Shown: positions 1 to 13,629 of the stretch, piece by piece
Layout of the letters: every line of letters starts with the position of its first letter
Position numbering within the stretch: the stretch's first letter is position 1
NCBI GenBank assembly: GCA_964016885.1
Contig: OZ024746.1
Span: forward strand, 6,014,001 to 6,078,000
From: Eledone cirrhosa
Lineage: Eukaryota
DNA length: 64,000 bases
Direction: 5' to 3'
The notes under the pieces: generated by a model
Seen by the model: only the letters and a program-made list of their open reading frames with translations
Databases searched by the model: none
Told to the model about the DNA's origin: nothing
Made by a program: the position numbers and the translations under genes

Positions 1-562
1 TTAAAAAAAGAAACACGATCATAATCAGGTTTTCAAGAAGAGAAGGGTTAAATATATTTAACAAGTTTGACGAAAGTAAGCGTAAAATGTAATTTGTGAT
101 ACTAATCTTTCTGTAGTCAACTAAAATCACTGAGAACATATTCGCTTTGTTTTTAGGACACCTGCAAATGATGAGCTATTTGTTGTACCGTATTGATTTT
201 TATATAATAGAATCTGAAAGTAATTTTGCCTCGATACCTTTTCTTGTACATGGTTTGCGTTATCACAAGACAATGCTTACCTTTTTCTGATTAATTTTCT
301 AGATAATTTTACTTTTTTATATAAGAAGCTTTTAGGAAATATTTCTAAGATCAATAATAACAAAGTAAGTTTAATCATAGTATTCATAGCAGAGTCTCTT
401 AAACAAATTGTTTCTTTTAATCATTACCGGCATTTTAAAGGCAAGAGAGCTTGTAAGTTGCATTGACTGGGTTTGTGGCGACTAGGAAAGGAACAATCGA
501 GAATCAGAGAAGTAGATGGTGAGATATACGTATTACATTTATTTGTGGAAATTGTTTTATAC

Positions 563-1285
563 TACGAGAGGGTGCCAAAAGTTTCATGGAGTTGGATAAA
601 AGAAAATACAGGAGGATCAGTTATAAGAAAATACAGTAGGATTAGTTATAAGAAAATACAGGAGGATCAATTGTAAGAAAAAACAGGAGGATCAGTTATA
701 ACAAAATACAGGAGGATCAACTGTAAGAAAATACAGTAGGATCAGCTATAAGAAAATACAGTAGGATCAGTTATAAGAAAATACAGTAGGATTAGTTATA
801 ACAAAATACAGGAGGATCAACTGTAAGAAAAAACAGGAGGATCAGTTATAACAAAATACAGGAGGATCAACTGTAAGAAAATACAATAGGATCAGTTATA
901 ACAAAATACAGGAGGATCAATTGTAAGAAAAAACAGGAGGATCAGTTATAACAAAATACAGGAGGATCAACTGTAAGAAAATACAGTAGGATCAGTTATA
1001 AAAAAATACAGGAGGATCAATTGTAAGAAAATACAGTAGGATTAGTTATAAGAAAATACAGGAGGATCAGTTATAACAAAATACAGGAGGATCAATTGTA
1101 AGAAAATACAGTAGGATCAGTTATAACAAAATACAGGAGGATCAACTGTAAGAAAATACAGTAGGATCAGTTATAACAAAATACAGGAGGATCAATTGTA
1201 AGGAAAAACAGGAGGATCAGTTAATTATAATTATATTCAACATATTCCCCTCCTAGATCCACACATTTATTGCAGCGGTCCTACC
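563..1285 (+). mobile_element. Left part of a mariner-like non-autonomous element, interrupted by an internal minisatellite
   Basis: Starts TACGAGAGGGTGCCAAAAGTTTC, resembling the TIR of the MITE at 31501. No matching right TIR seen. Confidence 0.5.
601..1225. repeat. 25-bp minisatellite, ~25 copies
   Basis: Unit AGAAAATACAGGAGGATCAGTTATA with alternating variants. Confidence 0.95.
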
Positions 1286-1767
1286 TGCTCTGTAAAGGTA
1301 ACATCTCTGATCTTCGTGATACCCTTACATCAAGGCGCTTTTCAGCAACCCCTTGTAGCCATACATAATACAGAAAAAATGTAGATTTTTGAGGAACAAG
1401 AACCTCTACAGAGCTGTCCTTTCTTTGGATTTTGATGGTGGTGCGTTTTCTTGTGAAAACATTGATTTAAGAATATCAATCATCCAGCGAGGACTTATTT
1501 GAACACATGAAGAGCTGAATTCATATTTTACCTTAAAGACATAACGCAATATTGAATGTTGGCTATGATTTATAACCAATATCCAATAATTTGTAACATG
1601 ATATCCACCGTGCTAATAACAATATTCTTCACGAAGGGGATAAAGTGGGAGAAGCAATAAAATAAGATACTAAATATAATTCAATATATATTTCAATTTT
1701 ATATTCTTAGTTCAGATCACACAAGACCTGCCACTGACTTTCGTTCTTGAGTTGCTAATATAACTGG

Positions 1768-1900
1768 CATATGGCGTTCCTAGGACATTTTAAAACCTGT
1801 GGAATCCATCTCCTCTCCAGATCTGAATGCAGCAGATTTCGTCTAGAGAAGGATAGAGAGTGAAAAGAATGAAGTGAGAGAGACATAAAGAGCAAGAATC
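1768..1900 (+). repeat. Unclassified dispersed repeat (~130 bp); other copies at ~43832-43968 and ~52630-52755
   Basis: Shared GGCGT...CATTTTAAAAYYTG...CTCCAGRTCTRAAT...purine-rich tail in three places. Confidence 0.6.
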
Positions 1901-2053
1901 GGGACAAATAATTGCCAGTTTAGTTATTCTGAGGCAAAGGTAACTATACTAGCAAATATAAAATCTCTATATTCTCACCTGGTTGAAGTTTGAAGCTTTA
2001 TGTAATATGCATTTGTGTTGAGATATTATTCATATAATATATATAATACACAT

Positions 2054-2106
<53 letters not shown>

Positions 2107-2124
2107 TTTATTTATATATATATC

Positions 2125-2312
2125 GGAAAATGTTCAAGACCCCGACGGCAGAGCTCAAGCCGTTTCCACGGCTATATCTGAAATAGCCATCGAAATGGCT
2201 TCAGCTCTGCCGTCGGGGTCTTGAACATTTTCCTATTACCCACTCTACTACCCTAAGTATTGAGTACTCGGGTGCGTTATGGTCCATCTGGTTCCTTACC
2301 ACACTTCCTTCG

Positions 2313-2314
<2 letters not shown>
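2125..2314 (+). mobile_element. Fold-back PLE-type insert (family A) in (TA)n with the 3' half of a hammerhead on each arm
   Basis: Palindrome 2125-2233 plus an ~80-bp tail. Consensus with the copy at 48607-48796 reads GAAA-CGGC-loop-GCCG-TC|GGGGTC. Confidence 0.75.
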
Positions 2315-2383
<69 letters not shown>

Positions 2384-2745
2384 TCGCTTTAAGAGTAACC
2401 AGTATAATAAAACTCCTACCACAACATTTTGATTAAGATATCTACAAACCACTCTCTCCCATTTCTCCAACCCCTGCATATCTTTCTCTCTCTCTTCCTC
2501 TCCCCTTCTTTTCTCTCTTCCTTTTCTACTCTATCTTCCCCACTAACCTCACTTAAGGGTATTTACATTGTACATTTTAACCATTCTGCTCTGATGATAC
2601 AGTGGTCACAGCATTTGATAATTGAGTTTTGCAAATAGTTATAAATTTGCACATAGCATAACTAGGCTGTATAACCATCGTGGAAACATTCGTAAGCACA
2701 CAGAATAAATTACCTTTTTATGATGTCTAACTGTTATTATTCATT

Positions 2746-2807
<62 letters not shown>

Positions 2808-2863
2808 TTCTTCAAACATTATCTCTTCTACAACAGTAATATTGGACTTACTCCCCTAATACG

Positions 2864-2913
<50 letters not shown>

Positions 2914-2923
<10 letters not shown>

Positions 2924-3490
2924 ATTAGAGTTAAAACTCCAATTGGAACCCTGTAACTATTAAGCTCCAAGTATAAAAATACTGAGCCGATTAATAATAT
3001 ATAGTAAGAAACACAGTAAACCGTGTGTCTAAAATTACAAGGGTTGAAAAACCACATTTGTTTGAAATATTTAACCAAGAAGCAGACAGAATGATAAAAT
3101 AAAAATATATTATTATACAAACCGCCTCAATAACCATTATATCTCTCGGACAGATTATCCCTAATCTGTTTCGCCCTGAGTGTGTTTGTAACAGATAATC
3201 CTGGGCATCATCAGCGAGAGAATCTGATTAAATGCAACAAACACTATTTGCCAACGTTCACACAGAAATATGAATTTGTCACCTCGTGCGCCGCTAGTCA
3301 AACGTGGTAAGCGCGTATTGAATAGAAATAACAGTCCAACACGCACAACTTAATAAGCTCAACTTGTGAGGGAGCAGAAATATATATGAAAATTAGAGTT
3401 AAAACTCCAATTGAAACCCTGTAACTATTAAGCTCCAAGTATAAAAATACTGAGCCAAAAATACTGAGCCAAGTATAAAAATACTGAACC
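2914..3490 (-). mobile_element. Retrozyme-like / pLTR-like unit, 468-bp period, with terminal redundancy
   Basis: Direct repeat 2920-2989 vs 3388-3457. One complete HHR inside. The 3' end abuts (TA)n. Confidence 0.7.
3142..3221 (-). ncRNA. Type I hammerhead ribozyme, complete
   Basis: Minus strand: stem I TCTCTCG/CGAGAGA, core CTGATGA, extra T, stem II GCCC/GGGC, GAAA, stem III CAGATTA/TAATCTG with GGGA loop, GUC triplet. Predicted cut between 3149 and 3148. Confidence 0.88.
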
Positions 3491-4573
3491 GAGTAAGTCC
3501 AATATTACTGTTGTAGAAGAGATAACGTTTGAAGAACGATAGTTTGTGAGAGTTCAGCCCGGGAAGTTGTCAATCATGCTGTTATTCTGGGTCATTCCAG
3601 TTACGTAAAATGGAATATGACTGTTAATTTCAGCATATCGAGCAACCTCGCAGAAACTACTTCATTGGGTTAACTTTTACAGTCATGAAGGGATGAGGCA
3701 AATGGGAAGTAACTAAAACAAGGTAACAATTTATTGGTAACTAACTGGGTTTACCGAGAGATCACCAACATCATAATTCTATGGAGAAATATATAGGAAG
3801 TAATCTGGATTCCTTATAGAAAGATAGGTTTCCTTCTATAGAAGTTTCTTAAATTTGAATATGGCATTTATTTACTTATTCAAATCATATCATACACTGC
3901 ACACACACACTTATATACACAAACGCATACTTACACAAACACACATACAAATACGCACACACTTACATACACAAACACACATAAAGAAAAGCACGTACAC
4001 AGATCTCACACACATACACAAATACACGCATGCGTATGTGTAGTCATGCATCCCATTTTGATAAAAATATATTAAGCAACCGATTAGATAAAACCTTCAT
4101 GAATTTCCCGAGAGGAGAAGAAAATCATCCGTTCCGTTAAAAGGCCAAATCCTCAAACATAGTTGGCATCTCAACTATTGTTCTTAAACAATATATCCCA
4201 CAGGTAGTAGCTTTTCCAGCTTAACTGTTCTACCATTCTCCTTTTACGCATATCTATTCGAAACGAAGAAATCATACAATTGTATTTGGTGCAAGTATGC
4301 ATTGCACTTAGCTGAATTCATCTCCCTAGTTTAAGGAAACAATCTGAAATGAAATCCAATCGAAATACTATGTCATACATATACATATCAATTATACAAA
4401 CAAGAAGAAGATTTCTAGTTAATATTTAACGTTGAAATTGTTATATTTGTATAACACAATTCACGATATAGAAATAATATAAATTAATTATTTAATTAAG
4501 TCAGATATAAAACTACAAATTAAATTTCAAGTTTGAGATGATGAAGCCGGATTATAATAACGAGCGAAGGTCT

Positions 4574-4687
<114 letters not shown>

Positions 4688-4796
4688 AAGTTAAGACAAT
4701 TAATGAAACTGTAGAAATACGTTTCCAGAAATGCCTACTGTTGTATGTAGTCATATGAATTAGACATACAAGTATACAAGTATATGTATATATATA

Positions 4797-5090
<294 letters not shown>

Positions 5091-5733
5091 AATCAGGAAA
5101 GAAGAGTGACACGGTTTGCTATACAAAAAAAGGTTTTTAATCTCATTGCTGACAATTTTTTCTCTGAACTGGTAGGTCTAAAGATCGCTACCTGCTTGTT
5201 TTCACGTTATTCGATCACCAATACAAAGTTATAACCAGTCAATTCATCGGAGCTTGTGAGAATGAAAGGAATATACAGGCATGGCTACTATATATAGTAG
5301 TAATGGCATTCAATCAGAACAATAACAACGATACTAACAATGCTAGCAATACATTATTTGAAATAATCACAACATCAGTCTAGGTGGGAAGTATAGTATA
5401 TCTACGATTTTAGCGTGTAAAACTAGCTGACATGAGGCAGATGTATAAAATTGACATGTAAAAGCTGTCATGGGGTGTATTATATATATAGTGTAAAGAT
5501 AAGCCGGTGGCTTTAAACAATGTAGGTCTTGTGGCCGTAAGAATCATTTATTATCTGACAGATGAAGAATTTATTACTGTAGTGAGGATAATAATATTTG
5601 TGTGGTCTATATTAGATGAAAGGGTTGTCTAGCTTTCTCATCATCAATAACATACATGTATAAGACAACATTAACAGAGTAGCAATATAATAGGCAAGTT
5701 AATACAGAGGTTAAGGAGGCAATATATATATAT

Positions 5734-5862
<129 letters not shown>

Positions 5863-7215
5863 ATTAGTAAATTTGTATTCCAATGTTACTAAGTAGTTGC
5901 ATTGGATGGAGTCAACCGACGTCGGAGATTACTCAACGTATAATAAAGTGTGTTTTAAAATCCGGAGAAAATATGGAGAAGAAGTTTATGAAATGGAAAT
6001 GCGGGTATAAAGAATTTATTAGGTAACAATTGTTTCTATAGTGTATGGGTTACCTATACCTCGCTATTTGAATAATATAAAAATATTATCGTAAACCGAA
6101 GGTACACTGTAAGCAAACACACCATGTCGCCAGACCTTTGTATTGGAATGATATGAAAATATTTTATACACTAGATAAAAAGAAGGAGGTAGGAAGAGAA
6201 GGGGAAGAGGGAAGTGAGTAAGGTGGAGGGAGTCCTAGGATTTAAGACTGTCAGACTAGTAGAGATTGTAATAGAGAGAATGTTTTGGCAGCAGTTAGCT
6301 TAATGAGGCGTGTTAGGGTTGGCGGGGGAAGTAAATTCTTCTAGTGGTGTTGTTCGGACAAAATTTAGTTAAAGGGGTCAAAGTGGTACAGAGTTACAGA
6401 CAAGTTATTGGGGCTATTATAGTAGCAGGTTATTTTTAAAGGGGTCCAGAAAACAGTGTTTAGTACTATTATTATAGAAAGCCATATCTTGTGTATAAGC
6501 ATATAAAACAGAAATTTGCAAACGGTGGTGTAAAAAGGTAACATTATATGCATTTAAAAAAAGAAAAAGTCGTTTTCAAACGATGGTTACAGTATAGTGA
6601 ACGTTCAATTTTGCTGTTCAAAAGTTTGTTTACCGACGTTAAAATGCAGTATATCTCCAAATTGCATAATTTGCAGAATCGATGATTTTGCTTATATGCA
6701 GGCGCAGCTGTAATAATTTGCCAATCAAGGGAGAATGCTTGATTGTTCCTCCGGAGCTGCCAGGCTTTATCGGCGAGGGTTGTTACGGAGCGCATTTTCT
6801 CGTGCCTGATCGAAGATGTTGGTATAGGCGAGCTTTGAAAGAAGTTGCGGTACATCCGACGTAATACCATTTGTTGGTTCCGGAATTTATTGTACATCGG
6901 TAGACAATATTGCGTGCTAGGCACTGGTTATTCAGTGGGCACGTACCTGGTTTGGTGCAGTTATAATTATTTTTATGTTTTGCAGTAGAGTCCTGGATAG
7001 TTTGGTGGGGTTGTAGTTGCGTGTTAGTGCGTTGTATGTTGCTATGCTGGTGCGCTGAGTCATTAGGGATGTACTTATTTAGTATTGCTGAGTTGAGTTT
7101 TTTAATTAGTTGTTCTATTTTAGGTGCAGTGGAGTATGAGAGTCTAATGGTGCGCGAGTTAAAGATTGTATAGTATTTATGTGAAGTTGTAAACTGTTTA
7201 TTGATTAGTGTATAG
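5863..7215 (-). mobile_element. 5'-truncated Penelope-like element (linker, GIY-YIG endonuclease, 3' UTR), frameshifted
   Basis: Minus-strand translations HKYYTIFNSRTIRLSYS, CPLNNQCLARNIVYRC...YYVGCTATSFKARL and CKLCNLE...LLNSKIE..YCNHRLK (ORF 6544-6924). Confidence 0.85.
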
Positions 7216-7359
7216 AATTGTGAGATATGCGACGGACCCTCTACCGCAATATAATGATAATTCCTTCCGCTATTTTAACACTATATTCAAATCTCACTGC
7301 AGTCATTTTCCTCAGACCCTAGCCTCATATTAATTTTTTTCTTCACGTCGGTACCTCCA

Positions 7360-8250
7360 TATATTTGTTTATATTACACACTACTTTTATATGTGTTTAT
7401 ATTACACACTACTTTTATATGTGTTTATATTACACACTACTTTTATATGTGTTTATATTACACACTACTTTTATATTTGTTTAGATTACACACTACTTTT
7501 ATATGTGTTGATATTACACACTACTTTTATATTTGTTTATATTATACACTACTTTTATATGTGTTTATATTACACACTACTTTTATATGTTTTTATATTA
7601 CACACTACTTTTATATTTGTTTATATTACACACTACTTTTATATGTGTTTATATTACACACTACTTTTATATTTGTTTAGATTACACACTACTTTTATAT
7701 GTGTTTATATTACACACCACTTTTATATGTGTTTATATTACACACTACTTTTATATGTGTTTATATTACACACCACTTTTATGTGTTTATATTACACACT
7801 ACTTTTATATTTGTTTATATTACACACTACTTTTATATTTGTTTATATTACACACTACTTTTATATGTGTTTATATTACACACTACATATATATGTGTTT
7901 ATATTACACACTACTTTTATATGTGTTTATATAACACACTACTTTTATATGTGTTTATATTACACACTACTTTTATATGTGTTTATATTACACACTACTT
8001 TTATATGTGTTTATATTACACACTACTTTTATATGTGTTTATATTACACACCACTTTTATGTGTTTATATTACACACTACTTTTATATGTGTTTATATTA
8101 CACACCACTTTTATATGTGTTTATATTACACACTACTTTTATATGTGTTTATATTACACACCACTTTTATGTGTTTATATTACACACTACTTTTATATTT
8201 GTTTATATTACACACTACTTTTATATTTGTTTATATTACACACTACTTTT
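7360..8250. repeat. 28-bp minisatellite, ~32 copies
   Basis: Unit ATATGTGTTTATATTACACACTACTTTT. Confidence 0.95.
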
Positions 8251-8271
8251 ACATGTAAATATGTATGTATA

Positions 8272-9200
8272 TCTATATATATAAAACTGTGGTTGTCTGT
8301 CTGTCTATCGATTTTTGGCACACATCTCCTCTTAGAATCTCTCACGGAATTGCACCGAAGTTGCTATACTTGTACATTGAGCCCTAGCGAAGACATCGGA
8401 AAAAAATATTTCAAATTGACCCACCCTATGTGACGAAATCGAATATAATGTATCGATTTTTGAGCGTAAGTTATCAGTTATTTCCCTTTGTTCTGTTTAC
8501 ATTGAGCGTCTTACGTAAAAAATTACGCTGGCTTTCTCAGCGTTTAAAATGACATTAACACAATACACGAAGCTTACGTTTTGCTTCATTTCCATTTAAA
8601 AGCATTTTAAAACAATATTTTTACTTGAAAACAAGTCTATTTAAAGACTACGTAAAACAAGCAAATATTTCGTCGTTAGGCGTGCAGACAGACAGTCGTG
8701 CAGACAGACAGTCGTGCAGAGAGGTGATATACGCGTGCAGACAGACAGTCGTGCAGAGAGGTGATATAGGCGTGCAGACAGACAGTCGTGCAGAGAGGTG
8801 ATATAGGCGTGCAGACAGACAGTCGTGCAGAGAGGTGATATAGGCGTGCAGACAGATAGTCGTGCAGAGAGGTGATATAGGCGTGCAGACAGACATAACT
8901 GATAATTTGGTTACGCTAATGTTTTTCTCTGCGTTGCAGTGTTTACATTTTCGATCTTTGTTAATAAATAACCAGTGCAGTTTCTATCCCCAGCATCCTC
9001 TTTTGTTATAACATTCGGGTTATCGTTATGTTTTCTTAACTTCATAAGGCATATTGTTGGTTGAGGGAATATTAATCAAAAACACCACATGCAAGTCTGC
9101 ACAGTAAACACTACAGTTTTTAAGCCAAGAAAGAAACTTAACATTGTAACTTTAACACAGCTACTGAGCGACCCCGAGCAACGCCGGGCTTTACTGCTAG
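8272..9200 (+). mobile_element. Non-autonomous Helitron
   Basis: 5' TC(TATATATATAAAA), 3' hairpin CCCGAGCAACGCCGGG, then CTAG. Inserted between A and T. Confidence 0.8.
8678..8895. repeat. 37-bp minisatellite inside the Helitron, ~5.5 copies
   Basis: Unit AGGCGTGCAGACAGACAGTCGTGCAGAGAGGTGATAT. Confidence 0.9.
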
Positions 9201-9673
9201 TATATATATATATATATACCTATATATAACGCCGTATGTCAATACGGCACCCCCTCGTACGTATCTATCAATCTTTCTAGTTGTTTGCCACTCTGTCCGT
9301 GTATCTATGTGATCATGTACACATTTATATACATACCTCTTCCAATGGAGGAGTTTTATGGTAAAAAGGCGTTCCAACTGCGACGATCATGTTTCTTTTC
9401 ATTTCATTAAGCCTTAATGAAGTGAAAATCATGTCTTAATGATTAAGGTATGATTCCTTGAAAGTTTAGTTTCTTTATCTCGCAGTTTGAGAAACCACGT
9501 AGATGTTCCTGGGAAGAGATGTGTTTTACAAATCCTATCTGGTCACTAGACCGATATAGACAACCCTCGATAAAGTGAGACTAAAGTAAAACTCCGCTGT
9601 TAGAAACAATTATATGTATTCAGAAATTCAAGTTGGCAGACATAAATTCTCTACATTTAATCATGTCCATAAA

Positions 9674-9965
9674 TACACGGGTACAAATAAGAGGGGTGGG
9701 GTGGAAAATTGATAATGTTTCTAGGTTTTCTCCTTTGATTTAAAAAAAAAACAGAATTAGTTGTTTAGTTTACAAATTGAAACCCCAAACTATCCTATTT
9801 ATTTTATAACATATGAGATTTTTCGTAATGTACATTTTTTGTCATGTATAATGTTATTTAATGTCTAAACAAAATTGACGGATATAGATTAACAAAATTT
9901 AATATGCAGGGTGGGTGTGTCAAATAAAAACAGTGGGGAGGAGGATTATTCGAAACCTGATAGTA
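9674..9965 (+). mobile_element. MITE of the family seen at 30519-30830
   Basis: Degenerate TIRs and shared internal AATGTAC..TTTGT.ATGTATAATG segment. Confidence 0.6.
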
Positions 9966-11679
9966 CCTATAAAACTTTAGATTCCAATTTACACAAAGAA
10001 TCCGATAGTTAATAAAAAGCAACACCTAGGAATATGTCACAACCTCTAGTTACGTTTGAGTGATATTTACATACACTTAGAAAAGAAATTTAAAGTATTT
10101 TGCTTTTAGAAATGCCTTGCTTTTGTAAAATAAAGTTGTATAATCTTTAATTACTATTATATAAACACTAGAAAGGTCAGAGAATAAAAGATTGTGGTGA
10201 TCCTGACGCTCCTATTTAGTAGAAAAATATGAACTATACTTTGGGATTAACCAAAGCTATTGAAAGGTTGCATCAAAAATAATTGTGGAGAATACTAAAT
10301 ATTATCTGGTATGAGCATATTAACATTCATAAATGAGACAATTTAATTTTACAAGATGTAATAATCGTAAAACGCCAACACCGGTTGTACTGAATCTGTC
10401 ACATAATCTATTTCTTGTTCTATCTAAAGTCTAAAAATACTTCATATAAATCGTATCAACTAAACAGCAGTAACCTAATAATTTGGTGTTCTATTTTCTT
10501 TCTACTCAAATACACCCTCCCACCACCACCACAACCACCACAACCACCACCACAACCACCGCCTCCACCATTGAAACAAAACACAACAAACAAACAAACA
10601 AATAAAAGCAACACAAAACTCATGAAATTAAAAACACAAAAAATGTAAATAAAAAAATAAAACATAGAAATAAAATGAAATTTAAAAACGTAAACGAAAA
10701 AGAATCTCATAAAAACAAAAAAATACAGTTAAACAACAACAACAGCAACTACAACAAGAAAAGCAACAACAAACAAAAATGAAAAACGTAAAGGAAATAT
10801 TTTGGTAAATTTCTTAGAAAATTTGGTGTGAACCCATTATAATCGGAAGAAAAGGATAACTGTAGTTAAAAGTCTGATTATGGACACAAATTTTGACAAC
10901 TTAATGATGTCTAATTAATTTGAAATGCATAGGTCTCTCTCAGCCTTAAGTAAAACAGCACTTGGCTAATTATTTCTCTCCACATTATAATTTCTCGTCC
11001 ACCCACCACCTCCATTACCACCACCACCACCAGCATCCCCTCCAATCACAAATAATCTTCCTCTTCTTCTTCTTCTTCTTCTTCCAAAACATTTAATAAT
11101 CTTACATGTACATTTTTGGACATATATACTCAGACTTACAGTGTCGATAAAATAAAGTACCAGTAATGTACTGATTAATTGATGGCCTTCTGCCAAAAGT
11201 AGAAACAATTATAATAATTCAGAAAATAAAAGAAAAGATTATTATCTGAAAATGATTTTTTTTTAAATTATGAAATACATTTGCATCGAATATTATCAAT
11301 TTCTCCATATTTCAAGCAACAACACAGAAATGGAGAGCTTCTTTATACCTTTCTACATTCCGCCATCTTCTCCTCACTCTTACAACATTTATTTTACTAT
11401 TATGCCTTTCGAAAACCCTTTTTACTAGTGTTCAACTATCCACAAGTAATTGACATTTGGAGGATGAATCGATATTCGTTTATTGATTAACATATTCAAA
11501 GTCGGTGGTACTTTTACGTTCCGAATGAAGACCGTGGTTTTGTTTTACCTTTGAGCTACTTTAGCTAACCGTTAATGATATAATAATTAGATATTCAGAA
11601 TTGGTTTAATGTATAATATATCTATGACCAGTTTCTTTCTGTTCTCTCTCATCTCTCTCTATATATATCTTTGTATTCA

Positions 11680-12340
11680 TACACACACACACATATATAC
11701 ACACAGAGATATAGACTGACACACACACACGTATATATACACACAGAGATATACACTGACACACACACACACATATATATACACAGAGATATACACTGAC
11801 ACACACACACGTATATATACACACATAGATATACACTGACACACACACACAAACATATATATACACACAGAGATATACACTGACACACACACACACATAT
11901 ATATACACACAGAGATATCCACTGACACACGCACACATATATATTCACACAGAGATATACACTGACACACACACACACACACACACATATATACACACAG
12001 AGATATACACTGACACACACACACACATATATACACAGAGATACACACACACACATATATACACACAGAGATATAAACTGACACACACACACTCACATAT
12101 ACACACATATATATACATACATACACACACATACACACAGAGATATACACTGACACACTCACACATACACACATAGATATACACTGACACACACAGACAC
12201 ACATACACACATAGATATACACTGACACACACACATACACACACACATATATACACACAGAGATATACACTTACACACACACATATACACAGAGATATAC
12301 ACTCACACACACACACGTATATATATATATATATATATAT
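11680..12340. repeat. Compound ~40-bp CA/TA-based minisatellite
   Basis: Recurrent ACACAGAGATATACACTGACACACAC(AT)n. Confidence 0.9.
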
Positions 12341-12410
12341 TATAATAATACAATTACGATTGGTTACTCCTTCATTACGTTTATTGGTTAGTGACGCGCG
12401 TTTCGCTACA
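12341..12410 (-). mobile_element. PLE-type 3' tail with 3' half of a minimal hammerhead
   Basis: Minus strand GAAAC-GCGC-GTC|ACTAACC, truncated within stem II. The tail ends in (TA)n. Confidence 0.55.
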
Positions 12411-12465
12411 GAAGACGAAGAAGAAGAAGAAGAAGAAGAAGAAGAAGAAGAAGAAGAAGAAGAAG

Positions 12466-12496
<31 letters not shown>

Positions 12497-12871
12497 GATT
12501 AAGTCGACCTTAGTTTCTCGATGCCAGTAACATGACAGGCAGGGTGGACCATGTAAGAATAAAAGGCTAAGCTTGTTCCATTGGGATTTGAATTCAGAAT
12601 TTTAAGGAGTGTAAATAAAGTCGGCTATAACCTTCCTGACGTGTGTATAATCACGAGTGTGTGTGTGTGAGTAGGCATATGCATGTGCCTCCCTGCGCAT
12701 ACATCGTCAATAATGTATAATCGTTTATGGCCACTTTCCTCATCAATGTCAGTTGTCATTTGTCTTTTAGTTATATTATTTCGCTCTGATTACACTGAAC
12801 GAACGCCCTATTTCCAAACCCATCATTCCTTATAACTATTTCTTTTTATTCCTTTGTCTTTTAGCTTTGAT

Positions 12872-13260
12872 TCAGTATTGGTAGAGGGTTGGACGCCATG
12901 CTTTCTAGCATAGTTACGTCCCTTTACGGTCTGAGTTCAAATCCCGCCGAGGGTAACTTTGCCTTTCATCCCTACGGGGTCGATAAAATAAAGTACCAGT
13001 AATGTACTGGTTTATTGCTAGGCCTTGTGCCAAAAGTAGAAACAATTATTATATTTTCCCTTCAACGAGCGGGGGATTGGCAGTATCGGTAGAAGGTCGG
13101 ACGCCACGCTTTGACGCATAGAGTTACGGCCCTTGCCATTCTGAGTTCAAATCCCGCCGAGGTTAACATTACCTTTCATCCCTACGGGGTCGATAAAATA
13201 AAGTCCCAGTAATGTACTGGATAATTGCTGGCCTTGTGCCAAAAGTAGAAGCAATTATTA
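12872..13260 (+). mobile_element. Two tandem copies of SINE family 1 (tRNA-related, ATT tail)
   Basis: B-box-like GAGTTCAAATCCC, core TTTGCCTTTCATCC..CGGGGTCGATAAAATAAAGTACCAG and end GCCAAAAGTAGAAACAATTATT. Confidence 0.85.
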
Positions 13261-13597
13261 TATTTTCCTTCATCTTTTATGACATTGTTCGTCTTTTCAA
13301 TTACTCTTGTGCAGCCAATTCTAAGTTCTCATTTTCTCCCAGTCTTTCTGTGAATTCGAAATTACGGATTTCCTGTAATACTATGTATTGGCCGACTATT
13401 GGAATATATGAAACTTGGAGTGAAGTATCGGTTTCAATAGATGGAGTATATTTATATATTTATATATATATATATATATATATGCGTGTGGGTGTGTGGG
13501 TGGGTGTGTGTGTCTGTGCGCGCGTATGTGTGTTTGAGTGTGTGAGTATGTATCTGCATCAATCTATCTATTTATATATATATGTATATATTAATAC

Positions 13598-13622
<25 letters not shown>

Positions 13623-13629
<7 letters not shown>

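Noticed and set aside
5905-5940. Possible HHR remnant in the 3' UTR of the PLE at 5863-7215
   Set aside because: GAAA and CUGANGA are both broken and the stem I partner is absent.
7391-8433. Long overlapping ORFs up to 297 aa
   Set aside because: Artefact of a stop-poor 28-bp tandem repeat.
9376-9436. Hairpin followed by GAAAC..GTC on the minus strand
   Set aside because: No CUGANGA core or stem I. Too weak to call.
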